Of a DNA stretch of 55,549 nt, positions 45,238 through 54,410 are shown one piece after another (position 1 is the first letter of the stretch; each line of letters opens with the position of its first letter). Source of the stretch: Chloroflexota bacterium (GTDB lineage: Bacteria > Chloroflexota > Anaerolineae > 4572-78 > NAK82). The position numbers and the translations under genes are program-made. Location of the stretch: contig JAJRXB010000198.1 of NCBI GenBank assembly GCA_024276515.1, positions 1-55,549 of the forward strand, given 5' to 3'. Below the pieces are notes generated by a model, which was given only the letters and a program-made list of their open reading frames with translations, was not told the origin of the DNA and ran no database searches.

Positions 45238-46542
45238 ATGAACACCCGACGCTACCGCATCCTATACATCGAAAAACCGGCCTCCGTCGGCGGTTCCGTC
45301 ATCAGCCTTTATGAGCTGGTGCGGGGTTTGGACAGGGACCGCTATGAGCCTGTGGTGCTCTTTCACGGCCCCAACCCCTACCGGGGACGATTCCAGGCCC
45401 TGGGCGTGAAAGTCATCGTGCTGAGCGACAAGACCCCGTCGGCGCCGCCGGACGGCCCCCAATGGGACATCGCCGCTTCTCTGGGCCAGTATAGCCGCCG
45501 GTGGTCGGAGGGGTACAGGGCTGCCAAACAGTTCTACCTGCTGCTCCGGCGAGACGTCCCCCTGGCCCGCCGGGTTGCCCGGATCATCCGAGAGGAAGCC
45601 GTTGACCTGGTTCACCACAACAATACCTTGTCGGGCAACCGGGCCACGGTGATGGCCGCTCGGATGGCCGGCGTGTCCCAGGTCTGCCACGTGCGGATGC
45701 TGCACAGGCTTTCTTTCGTCGAGCGCCCTTTGGTCCGTTGGGTGGACGCCTTCGTCTACATCTCCAGGGCTGTGGAGCAGCTTTACCAGAGCCAGGGCGT
45801 CCCGGCGGAGAAGGGGCAGGTCATTCACAATCCGATAGACGTGGAACGTTTTGAGCAGGCCGACGACACGGCGGATCTGCGGGCCGAGTTGGGCCTGAAC
45901 GGGGGCGATCAGTTGATCAGCAACGTGGGCCGGCTCGATTGGTGGAAAGGGCACGACGATTTCCTCCAGGCGATGGCCGAGGTCGTCCGGTTTCATCCCA
46001 ACGCCAGGGCCCTGATTGTCGGGACCCCAGGTTCCACTGCCACCAGCCAGGCCTACTATCGCCGCTTGCAGCGGTTGGTCGCCGACCTGGGCCTTTCGCA
46101 ACACGTAATTTTCACCGGCTTCAGGAACGACGTGCCTCGCATTATAGCCGCCTCCGACGTCGTGGTGCACAGCGCTTCAGAGCCGGAGCCCTTTGGGCGA
46201 GTCGTCGTCGAGGCTATGGCGGCCGGCCGGCCCGTCGTCGCCACCGCTGCCGGTGGGGTGTTGGATATCGTCGAAGACCGGGTCACCGGGCTGCTGGTCC
46301 CGCCCAAGAGTCCCTCCACCATGGCCGATGCGATTCGGCATCTCTTGCAAAACCGAGAACGAGGCCAACAGATGGGACAACGCGCTCAACGCCAGGCCAA
46401 AAGCCGCTTCTCGGCGCAACAACACGTGACCACCATGCAACAAATTTACGAACGAGTTTTAGCCTTAAAAGACAAAGGATTACGGGCAGCCGTACCCTCA
46501 AAGCTGCCCCCGAAATCTTTTCTGGAAAGAGGAGAGCGATGA
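45238..46542 (+). CDS. Glycosyltransferase family 4
   Basis: RILYIEKPASVGGSVISLYELV, GRLDWWKGHDDFL, EPFGRVVVEAMAAGRPVVATAAGG..TGLLVPP. Confidence 0.9.
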   Translation: MNTRRYRILYIEKPASVGGSVISLYELVRGLDRDRYEPVVLFHGPNPYRGRFQALGVKVIVLSDKTPSAPPDGPQWDIAASLGQYSRRWSEGYRAAKQFYLLLRRDVPLARRVARIIREEAVDLVHHNNTLSGNRATVMAARMAGVSQVCHVRMLHRLSFVERPLVRWVDAFVYISRAVEQLYQSQGVPAEKGQVIHNPIDVERFEQADDTADLRAELGLNGGDQLISNVGRLDWWKGHDDFLQAMAEVVRFHPNARALIVGTPGSTATSQAYYRRLQRLVADLGLSQHVIFTGFRNDVPRIIAASDVVVHSASEPEPFGRVVVEAMAAGRPVVATAAGGVLDIVEDRVTGLLVPPKSPSTMADAIRHLLQNRERGQQMGQRAQRQAKSRFSAQQHVTTMQQIYERVLALKDKGLRAAVPSKLPPKSFLERGER

Positions 46543-47570
46543 GTTTACAAGAATTGCTGGCCTATGTCAGGGTACTCCGTCGACGCTGGTGGTTGGTCGT
46601 CATCACCATCCTCGTCACCCTGGGTACAATTATTTTTCTCTCTTACACACGCCCGTCGATGTATCGGGCGCGGGTTCACTTTATGGTAGTACGTCCTCTC
46701 GTGGGCGGCGTCTCTTTGTACGAACTCCGTGCTCCCACCTCTCGTGAAGCCATCAATTACACCCGGTCCAACTTCCTGGAAATCCTTCAGGGGGGTGTGA
46801 TAGCCTGGCGCACTGTTGAGGAGACGGGCGTAGATATGCGGGGAGATGATCTGCAACGTTCTGCCACCATCGAGGAATCCAAAGATTCAGATCTGATCAC
46901 CCTGATCGTCACCGCCTCAGATCCCGATGAAGCGGCTCTGCTGGCCAATGGAATGGTGCAGGCGGCGCTGAAATATTATGGAGAGATACAGGCAGCCCCT
47001 GCCGTCAACTCTCGCCAGTTCATCCAGCAGCAGTTGAACATTGCCAGCGACGAACTGCGTCAGGCCCAGCGAGATCTCACGCAGTTCCAGATCGAAAACA
47101 ACATCGGCATGCTGGATACCGAGATCACCTCACAGCAATCACTTCTCCGTTCCCTTCAATTGCAACGCGACCAGGCCGAAGCAGAAGGACAATTGGACCG
47201 GGTGGCCGCTTACGAACGTTTAATTGCTCAACACGAACGCGAACTACAGCGGTTGGTCTCGCTCAATACCCAGTACGTGATGCTGAAGGCCGAAGTGGGG
47301 CGAGCGCAGTCTGTATACAACTTGCTGTTAGACAAGCTCACCGAAGCCACCTTGAAGGAGAATGAGATTCTGAATACCAACTTTATCCAGGTGGTGGAGC
47401 CTGCCTCTCCACCTCGTCGCCCGATGGCTCCTCTGTCTCCCAAGATCCTGGTGGTCGGAGCCATTGCCGCCGTCGCGCTGGGCATTGCGCTGGCCTTCTT
47501 GCTGGAGTACGTCGAGACCCTGCGCCTGGAGCTGGAAGAGAAAGTCCAAGAAGCTCCCGTGACCCGGTAA
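46539..47570 (+). CDS. Polysaccharide chain-length determinant (Wzz/PCP family, no kinase domain)
   Basis: N-terminal RRRWWLVVITILVTLGTIIFLSY, long coiled-coil middle, C-terminal TM ILVVGAIAAVALGIALAFLLEY. ATG at 46539 overlaps the upstream TGA and follows GGAGAG. The ORF-track N-terminal extension from 45939 was rejected. Confidence 0.85.
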   Translation: MSLQELLAYVRVLRRRWWLVVITILVTLGTIIFLSYTRPSMYRARVHFMVVRPLVGGVSLYELRAPTSREAINYTRSNFLEILQGGVIAWRTVEETGVDMRGDDLQRSATIEESKDSDLITLIVTASDPDEAALLANGMVQAALKYYGEIQAAPAVNSRQFIQQQLNIASDELRQAQRDLTQFQIENNIGMLDTEITSQQSLLRSLQLQRDQAEAEGQLDRVAAYERLIAQHERELQRLVSLNTQYVMLKAEVGRAQSVYNLLLDKLTEATLKENEILNTNFIQVVEPASPPRRPMAPLSPKILVVGAIAAVALGIALAFLLEYVETLRLELEEKVQEAPVTR

Positions 47571-47581
47571 AGGAAAAAGCT

Positions 47582-48985
47582 ATGTCTGGAACGAAACGCC
47601 CCAATGTCCTGCTCATCGTAATCGATACGGCCCGCGCCGATTACCTCTCTTGTTACGGCTGTCCCCATCCGACCACGCCCACGCTGGATCGGCTGGCGGC
47701 CGAAGGGGCGCGCTTCACGACGGCGATTTCCCCGGCCGAGTGGACGGTGCCCTCTCACGCCTCGCTTTTCACCGGCACCTTCCCCTCTCGACACAACGCG
47801 GTGAATCAACACCGTTATCTGGATGACCGCCTTCATACCCTGGCCGAAGTGCTGGGGTGGCTGGGATACCGCTCGGCCTGCTTTACCAACAACGCCTTCA
47901 TCGACGAGTCCACCGGCCTGAATCGTGGGTTCCAGGTCACCGATGGCCCCTTCCGCTGGAATGGTAGCCGACAGCCATCGCATCTTCTGTGGCGGGGTAT
48001 GCGCAAGCTGACCCAATGGACGGGACGGAAGGACCAGGGGGCGATGTTCACAAACCTCCTGGTGCGCCGCTGGCTTCGCCGCTGGAGTGGAGAACATCCC
48101 TTCTTCATTTTCATCAATTACGTCGAACCCCATATGCCCCATCGCTGGATACCAGAGCCTTTTCGCCGTCGTTTCCTTCGGCTGAACGGGCTGGAAAAGG
48201 CCGATTGGCGTTCTGTCAATATGAACTATCGGGCCTTCCTGACGGGCACCACCCCGATGAGCGATGAAGATTTTGCCATCCTGCGGGCTTTATACGAAGC
48301 AGAGATGGCCTATTTGGACCATCGGATCGGTCAATTGGTGGCTTTTCTGGAGCGTCGCCGGGTCCTGGATGATACCCTTCTCATCGTCACCTCCGATCAC
48401 GGCGACAATCTGGGCGAACACGGACTGTTGCACCATGCCTACTCTTTGTACGATACCCTTATCCGTGTGCCCCTGGTTCTCCGCTATCCTAAGGCCTTCC
48501 CTCCCGGCACCGTTGTGGAGCAAACCGTGCAGACTCACGACGTCTTTCCCACCATTTTGCACCTGGTGGGGATGGAAGACCCCACCGTCTGGGAACAGGT
48601 TCAAGGCTTCAGCCTGCTCCCGGAGCACCTGCCACGGCGGCCGGATTACGCCGTCGCCGAGCTTATGCGTCCTATCAACGAGTTCGCCAAACATTATCCC
48701 GAGTTCGACTTCCTCCCCTTCGACCGTGAACTGCGCGCCTATCGGACTCGCCGCTATAAGTACATTTGGGCCTCCGATGGGCGAGATGAACTATACGACC
48801 TTCTCCAGGACCCCGGCGAGACCGACAATCTGATTCACAAGCGTCCGAACGTAGCTGCCGATTTGCGACAACGCTTGCTGGCCTGGATGGAAGACCACCC
48901 ACCGGAAGTTTCCACTCCGGCGCATATCCCGGAATACGACGCCACGATATTGGCCCGCTTGCGTGAGCTGGGCTACGTTGAGTAG
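47582..48985 (+). CDS. Sulfatase-family (alkaline phosphatase superfamily) protein with Thr in place of the formylglycine Cys/Ser
   Basis: PNVLLIVIDTARADYL, TPTLDRLAAEGARF, WTVPSHASLFTG where sulfatases have C/S-x-P-x-R-xxxx-TG, SDHGDNLGEHG. No signal peptide. Confidence 0.85.
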   Translation: MSGTKRPNVLLIVIDTARADYLSCYGCPHPTTPTLDRLAAEGARFTTAISPAEWTVPSHASLFTGTFPSRHNAVNQHRYLDDRLHTLAEVLGWLGYRSACFTNNAFIDESTGLNRGFQVTDGPFRWNGSRQPSHLLWRGMRKLTQWTGRKDQGAMFTNLLVRRWLRRWSGEHPFFIFINYVEPHMPHRWIPEPFRRRFLRLNGLEKADWRSVNMNYRAFLTGTTPMSDEDFAILRALYEAEMAYLDHRIGQLVAFLERRRVLDDTLLIVTSDHGDNLGEHGLLHHAYSLYDTLIRVPLVLRYPKAFPPGTVVEQTVQTHDVFPTILHLVGMEDPTVWEQVQGFSLLPEHLPRRPDYAVAELMRPINEFAKHYPEFDFLPFDRELRAYRTRRYKYIWASDGRDELYDLLQDPGETDNLIHKRPNVAADLRQRLLAWMEDHPPEVSTPAHIPEYDATILARLRELGYVE

Positions 48986-49020
48986 TGCCGACGTCCCGTC
49001 GAGATAGGTTGAGGCAAGTT

Positions 49021-50523
49021 ATGCAGAGGGTGAAGCTCACCTCGATGTTCAAAGATATATCTCAGCCAACTCTGAAGCTGTTGTATTGTGCCCGTTATCC
49101 TCTTTTCGGATTCCTCGCCATCGTCCTGGGCGTCTTGGTTGGGCGTGGGCTGGCTTCACCCAAGTCTTACCTGGACGTGGTGACCTACCTGGTCTTCGGC
49201 GGCTGGGTCATCCTGAGCCTGATGGACCCGCCAACCGGCCTCCTGGCCGTTATTCTCGTCCACCCATTCATCGAAACCTCTATCAAACTCGATTTGGGCA
49301 AAGGAATCCCCGATTTCTCCATCACCCGCTTCGGCGTCGCTTTCTTGCTCACCCTCCTCCTGGCCCGAGCGGCCGTTCGGCTGCGCCCCCTGGTGGCACC
49401 AGGTCGGATTGAAGGAGCTATGTTGGCAGCGCTGGTCGGCATGATCGCCGCCGTGGACGCTTCGGTGGAGCCTACAGGGGCGCTGCAACGGATTCTCACC
49501 CTCTACCTGGTCCCTTATCTCTTCTTCTTCCTGGCGAAAAACCTGATCCAGAATCGCTCCCACCTTGACCGGTTGCTCATCGCCCTGGCGATCATAGGCG
49601 CTTATTCCGGCCTCTACGCTACCTATGAGCAGCTCACCGGCAACATTCTGTTCACCAACCGTGATCTGAGCAGACGGATTCTCTATTACTCCGAGAACAT
49701 TCGAGTGTTGCGGGGCCTGTACGGGGAACCGGCTATATTTGGCCGTGTCTTTGGAATGATCATCCCTGTGAACTTTTACCTGGTGTTGGAGGCCCCTACC
49801 CGTCGCCGGCGCCTGTTCTTCCTGGGAACTCTTAGCGCCTCCCTCATTGGCCTCTTTATGGCCTACAACCGCACGCCGTGGATCAGCACGTTGCTCGGCT
49901 TCGTCGTTTTGCAGTTTGCCTATCCCAAGTTCCGCCGACTCTTCCTGGCCCTCATCCTGGTGGCAGGGATCTTCGCCTTCGTCGGCTCCGACACCGTGGA
50001 AGACAGTACGGTGGTCAACGAGCGCATCAGTAGCAACTCCACCCTTGAGGGACGAACGTTGCGCTGGGAGACCGGTGTCAACATGTGGAAAGCTAAACCC
50101 ATTTGGGGCTGGGGATTCGACCACTATCAGTACGAATCGGGCAAGTATCGCCCCGATGGCCTGACCAAGAACATCAAAGCCGTGGAGAGCGCTTTCATCG
50201 CGCTCCTGGTGGCGACCGGCGTTGTGGGGTTCGTCCCCTGGGTTGCTGTGATGGCCTTGTTGCTGTATCTCAGCATTCGCCTGTACTTTCGGGCTCGGGC
50301 TCCCGATTGGCCGGGCTTCGTGGAGGACAAGCTGTTCGCCGTTTTCTGGGCTGTCTTCATCACCTACGTGGTGGGGGCCTGGACTGTTGTGATCAACCAT
50401 CCTATCATCAGCATCATTTTTTTCACCGTTGCTGGTGCGCTGATTGGCACGCACCAACAGTTGCTCAGCGCCCGCTCTCAGGGAGATCGTCAAACCCGCC
50501 ATCTCGGGGAGGCCAACTTGTGA
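49021..50523 (+). CDS. O-antigen ligase/polymerase-like membrane protein (Wzy_C domain)
   Basis: About 10-12 TM helices with MAYNRTPWISTLLGF and WGWGFDHY motifs. ATG at 49021 lies 7 nt after GAGG (ORF-track GTG at 48985). Confidence 0.85.
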   Translation: MQRVKLTSMFKDISQPTLKLLYCARYPLFGFLAIVLGVLVGRGLASPKSYLDVVTYLVFGGWVILSLMDPPTGLLAVILVHPFIETSIKLDLGKGIPDFSITRFGVAFLLTLLLARAAVRLRPLVAPGRIEGAMLAALVGMIAAVDASVEPTGALQRILTLYLVPYLFFFLAKNLIQNRSHLDRLLIALAIIGAYSGLYATYEQLTGNILFTNRDLSRRILYYSENIRVLRGLYGEPAIFGRVFGMIIPVNFYLVLEAPTRRRRLFFLGTLSASLIGLFMAYNRTPWISTLLGFVVLQFAYPKFRRLFLALILVAGIFAFVGSDTVEDSTVVNERISSNSTLEGRTLRWETGVNMWKAKPIWGWGFDHYQYESGKYRPDGLTKNIKAVESAFIALLVATGVVGFVPWVAVMALLLYLSIRLYFRARAPDWPGFVEDKLFAVFWAVFITYVVGAWTVVINHPIISIIFFTVAGALIGTHQQLLSARSQGDRQTRHLGEANL

Positions 50524-52046
50524 GAATCCGGTGCTTGATCGTAGGCTGGGATGGCGCGACCTGGACCGTCATTCGACCGCTGTTGGAGCAGGGGAGGCTC
50601 CCCAACCTGGCCCGGCTGATGCGCGAGGGGGTGCACGCCACCCTGCGCTCCTTCGAGCCGTCCCTGACCCCCATCGTGTGGACGACGATTGCCACGGGCA
50701 AGCGCCCGGAGAAGCACGGCGTGACCCGCTTCTTCGACACGGCCACCGGCCTGCGCACCCGACGCATCTGGGACATCCTGGCCGCTCCCGATCGCTCTAT
50801 AGGGCTCTTCGGCTGGCCGGTCACCTGGCCCCCACCTCAATTGCCGGGCTTCGTGATCCCGTCCCTCTTCGAGCGGGCCAACGATACCCACCCTCCCCAC
50901 CTGCGCTTCATCCGCGAGATGGAATCGGGCCTGCAGGCCCCGTGGGGCCGGCGGATCTCCCTCATTGCCAAAGCGATGCGGTACGGCCTCCGACCCGGGA
51001 CCCTGGTCCACATCGCTGGCTACTTCCTCCAGTCCCGCCTGCGCCGCCTGCGGGCCAACGACCACTTCATCCGCCAGCGGGTTCTCAAGCTGGAGATCCA
51101 GCTCGACCTCTACCTGAACCTGGTGCGTCGCTACCAGCCCTGGTTCACCACCTTTTACCTGAACCAGACCGATGCCTTCTCGCACCGTTTCTGGCGCTAC
51201 CTGGAGCCGGAGCCCTTCCCTCCCCTGCCGCCGGAGGAGTTGACCCGTTACCGCGACGCCATTCCCTATGCCTACGAGCTTGCCGACCGGGCCCTGGGCC
51301 GCATCCTGCGCCTCACCGACGAGGAGACGCTCATCTGCCTGCTCTCCGACCACGGTTTCGAGGCCAGTCACAAGGCCGGACAGGGGATGCAGGACTTCCG
51401 GGGCCGGCTCAAAGGCGAGGCCGTCCTGCGCACCTTTGGGCTGGACGGGGAGGTCTCTTACGTCCACCACCGGCGCTGGATTGTGCTGAGCTTCCGGCGA
51501 GATGCTTCACCGGAGCGCAAAGAGGCGGTCATCCAGAAGCTGCGCAGCGTCTACGTCCCGGAGATTGACATGCCGATGTTCGACGTGAAGGAGGACAACA
51601 TCGGCTCGCTGGCCGTGAAACTCTACGGCGCGCGCGTCTTCGACAACCGTGACCTGGACGAGCTGACGGTTGTCTGGCCCGAAGGTCGGTGCCGTTTCAC
51701 CGATCTGGTGCAGCCGGAGTACGATCTGAAGGTCTCCGGCATCCACCATCCCGACGGCATCCTGGTGCTCAAGGGGCCGGGCGTCGTCCGCCGCGCCGAG
51801 CCATTGTCCGAAGCCACCGTGCTGGACGTGGTCCCCACGTTGCTGGCTTTGCTGGACTTCCCGGTCGCCGAGGATATGGATGGACGGGTGCTGACCGAAG
51901 CGATAGACCCGGCCTACCTTCAGGCCTATCCCCTCCGCACCATCGAGACCTACGACGAAGGGCTCGCCCTGGAGGAGACCGCTGAAGAGGAAGAGGTGCC
52001 CCAGGAGGTGATGGACCGCCTCCGGGCCCTCGGCTACGTGGACTGA
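50520..52046 (+). CDS. Alkaline phosphatase family protein (type I phosphodiesterase/nucleotide pyrophosphatase fold)
   Basis: IVGWDGATW, SLTPIVWTTIATGKRPEKHGV, LLSDHGF, SGIHHPDGILV. GTG at 50520 overlaps the upstream TGA (GTGA). The ORF-track extension from 50103 overlaps the previous gene and was rejected. Confidence 0.85.
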   Translation: MRIRCLIVGWDGATWTVIRPLLEQGRLPNLARLMREGVHATLRSFEPSLTPIVWTTIATGKRPEKHGVTRFFDTATGLRTRRIWDILAAPDRSIGLFGWPVTWPPPQLPGFVIPSLFERANDTHPPHLRFIREMESGLQAPWGRRISLIAKAMRYGLRPGTLVHIAGYFLQSRLRRLRANDHFIRQRVLKLEIQLDLYLNLVRRYQPWFTTFYLNQTDAFSHRFWRYLEPEPFPPLPPEELTRYRDAIPYAYELADRALGRILRLTDEETLICLLSDHGFEASHKAGQGMQDFRGRLKGEAVLRTFGLDGEVSYVHHRRWIVLSFRRDASPERKEAVIQKLRSVYVPEIDMPMFDVKEDNIGSLAVKLYGARVFDNRDLDELTVVWPEGRCRFTDLVQPEYDLKVSGIHHPDGILVLKGPGVVRRAEPLSEATVLDVVPTLLALLDFPVAEDMDGRVLTEAIDPAYLQAYPLRTIETYDEGLALEETAEEEEVPQEVMDRLRALGYVD

Positions 52047-52049
52047 GCG

Positions 52050-54410
52050 ATGCAACACACTGGTTCGAGTGCGCAGAATTGGATACGACGCGCCCAGATT
52101 GTGGCCGGCCGGGGGCCGGGCTACCTCCTCCGCTTTGGTCGCTGGCAACTCTGGCGGGCCTTTCAGGCCCGAGCCCGCTGGCCGCGCCCCACGGTGGACC
52201 TGTTCCGCCACCTCGACCTGGACCGTCCCGGCCTGGTCGCCGTGGCGGAGGCCCTGGAACGCGGCGACAGGCCAGCCGCCGAAACAGCGCTGGTGGAGCA
52301 TCTGGCCGCCCGCCCCCGCCCCCGCTTCTTCTTCGGGGAGGATGACCGGGAAGCTATGCGCCGGGTCGTGTCCACTTCGGTGCAACAGGCCACCATCGCC
52401 GCCGCCGAGGAGGTCTGCCAGCGCCGGTTCCGCTTCCGCGGCCAGCCCCCCGTCCAGTTCGACGGGCGCATTGACTGGCGCGCGCGCCCCGGAGGCAACG
52501 TGGATTGGACGTGGGACCTGAACCGGCACGGCTACTTCGTCACCCTGGGCCGTGCCTACTGGTATACCGGCGAGGAACGGTTCTGCGAGACCTTCTGTCA
52601 CGTCCTGCTGGACTGGATCGCCCAAAACGCGACCGGGGTGACCCAACCGGCCACCCACAGCGTCTTCGAGGTGGCCGCCCGCCTGCACAACTGGCTCTGG
52701 GCCTTCGCCCACTTCCGGGCGGCGCCGACCTTCCAGCGCCGGGCCTGTATCCCCTTTCTGCGCTCTCTCTTCGACCAGGCCCGCTACCTGGAGGCTAACC
52801 TGGAACACCACGCCACCAACAACCACCTCCTGCTGGAATCGTGGGTGCTGGCCTGGGTGGGTCTCACCTTCCCGGAGTTCCGCCGGGCGAGCCACTGGCG
52901 CGAGCGGGGCCTGCGCGTCTTCTACCGCCAGGTCCGGGAGCAGGTCGCCCCCGACGGCGTGCACCGGGAGCAGGCCACCCTCTACCACTTCATCGTCACC
53001 CAGGCGTTGCTCTCCCTGGACCTCTGGCTGGCTGGCAACGGCCTCTCCCTGCCCGACGACGTGGCCGACCATCTGCGACGGATGCACACCTTCGCCCGCG
53101 CCGTCCGCAAGCCCGACGGCACCTTCCCCTTGCTGGGCGACTCGGCCCGCAGCGACAGCTTTCTCGTCTTCGACCCGGTGGCCGCCGGCGAGGCCTGGCT
53201 GGACCGGGGGAGCCAGATCCCCCGGACGGCGGACCTGGACGAAGGGGGCATCTGGCTGGTCGGGCCGGCGCTGGCCTGCGACTACCGACAGCGACCCTTC
53301 GACGTCGGCGTGCTCGCTTCCCAGGCTTTCGTCTCCAGCGGTCACTTCGTGATGCGCCACGGCGAGGGCGAGCACCAAAGCTACGCGCACGTGGATTGCG
53401 GCTTCTTCGGTCACGAGCCGGTTCCCAACCACGGCCACGCCGACGCCCTGAGCCTGGTCCTGCACGCCTACGGTCACACCCTGCTGCCCGACGCCGGCGC
53501 CTACGGCTACTACCTGGGGCTGGACTGGCGGGCCTACTTTCGGGGCACCCGCGCTCACAACACCGTCCTGGTGGACGGGGAAGACCAGAGCGAGTTGCTG
53601 GGCATCCGCCACGTGGGCCGCGTCGCCCGGACGGCGCTCCGGCGCTGGTTCAGCAGCCCGGCCTTCGACCTGGTGGACGGCAGCCACGACGGCTACACCC
53701 GCCTGCCCGATCCCGTGGTCCACCGCCGGGTGGTCCTCTTCGTGAAAGGGGAAGCCCCCTACTGGCTGGTGCTGGATCACCTGACGGGGAGCGGAACCCA
53801 CCAGGTCACTGCTCTCTTCCACCTGGCGCCGGCGATGCGGTGGCACCAGGACGAGGGGGGACGGGTCCACGCCTGGCTGGAGGATGGCGCGGCGCTCCAC
53901 CTCCTCCCCGGGCAGGGGGGACGGTTGAGCACTCAGGTCGTGTGTGGTGCTACCCAACCCATCCAGGGGTGGGTGTCACCGGAGTCAGGGGAGCGGCTGC
54001 TGGCCCCTACCGTCTGCTACACCTGGGACGGCCCCCTGCCCCTGCTCCTGGCGACGGTCCTCTTCCCCGAGCCTCGCCGGGGGGCTTTCGACGTCCGCCT
54101 CTCCCCCCTGACACCGGCCGAAGGAGAGGTGGGGTTGGTCGTGACCGGCCCTTCGGGGGAAGACGTGGCGCTCTGGCGGGCAGCGCCGGGGCCTATGGAG
54201 GCCGATTCCTGCCGGGCCTGGGGGGAGATGGCCGTGTGGCGTCGGTCGCCCCAGGGCCGGGTTCAGGCTGCCCTGCTCGTCCAGGGGACGTCTCTGGAGA
54301 CGACCGACCGGCCCCTCATCACTGCCCCATCGCCCCAGACCGTTCTCTGGAGCGCCGGGCGCATCCATCGGATTGAGAGCTATGATTCGAATCGCGTATC
54401 TGGCCCATAA
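52050..54410 (+). CDS. Heparinase II/III-like protein (no signal peptide)
   Basis: NNHLLLESWVLAWVGLTFPEF, GVHREQATLYH, NHGHADALSLVLHAYGHTLLPDAGAYGY, RGTRAHNTVLVDGEDQ. Confidence 0.88.
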   Translation: MQHTGSSAQNWIRRAQIVAGRGPGYLLRFGRWQLWRAFQARARWPRPTVDLFRHLDLDRPGLVAVAEALERGDRPAAETALVEHLAARPRPRFFFGEDDREAMRRVVSTSVQQATIAAAEEVCQRRFRFRGQPPVQFDGRIDWRARPGGNVDWTWDLNRHGYFVTLGRAYWYTGEERFCETFCHVLLDWIAQNATGVTQPATHSVFEVAARLHNWLWAFAHFRAAPTFQRRACIPFLRSLFDQARYLEANLEHHATNNHLLLESWVLAWVGLTFPEFRRASHWRERGLRVFYRQVREQVAPDGVHREQATLYHFIVTQALLSLDLWLAGNGLSLPDDVADHLRRMHTFARAVRKPDGTFPLLGDSARSDSFLVFDPVAAGEAWLDRGSQIPRTADLDEGGIWLVGPALACDYRQRPFDVGVLASQAFVSSGHFVMRHGEGEHQSYAHVDCGFFGHEPVPNHGHADALSLVLHAYGHTLLPDAGAYGYYLGLDWRAYFRGTRAHNTVLVDGEDQSELLGIRHVGRVARTALRRWFSSPAFDLVDGSHDGYTRLPDPVVHRRVVLFVKGEAPYWLVLDHLTGSGTHQVTALFHLAPAMRWHQDEGGRVHAWLEDGAALHLLPGQGGRLSTQVVCGATQPIQGWVSPESGERLLAPTVCYTWDGPLPLLLATVLFPEPRRGAFDVRLSPLTPAEGEVGLVVTGPSGEDVALWRAAPGPMEADSCRAWGEMAVWRRSPQGRVQAALLVQGTSLETTDRPLITAPSPQTVLWSAGRIHRIESYDSNRVSGP

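Noticed and set aside
45939-47570. 543-aa ORF-track model for the Wzz-like gene, and the analogous 647-aa model at 50103-52046 for the phosphodiesterase-like gene
   Set aside because: The N-terminal extensions are Arg/Pro/Gly-rich out-of-frame readings across the preceding, well-supported genes. Internal starts at 46539 (ATGA overlap, GGAGAG RBS) and 50520 (GTGA overlap) give family-typical N-termini.
47582-48985. Annotating this gene simply as an arylsulfatase that recycles the sulfated glycan
   Set aside because: The formylglycine consensus is replaced by T-V-P-S-H and there is no signal peptide. A genuine sulfatase function is doubtful (see finding).
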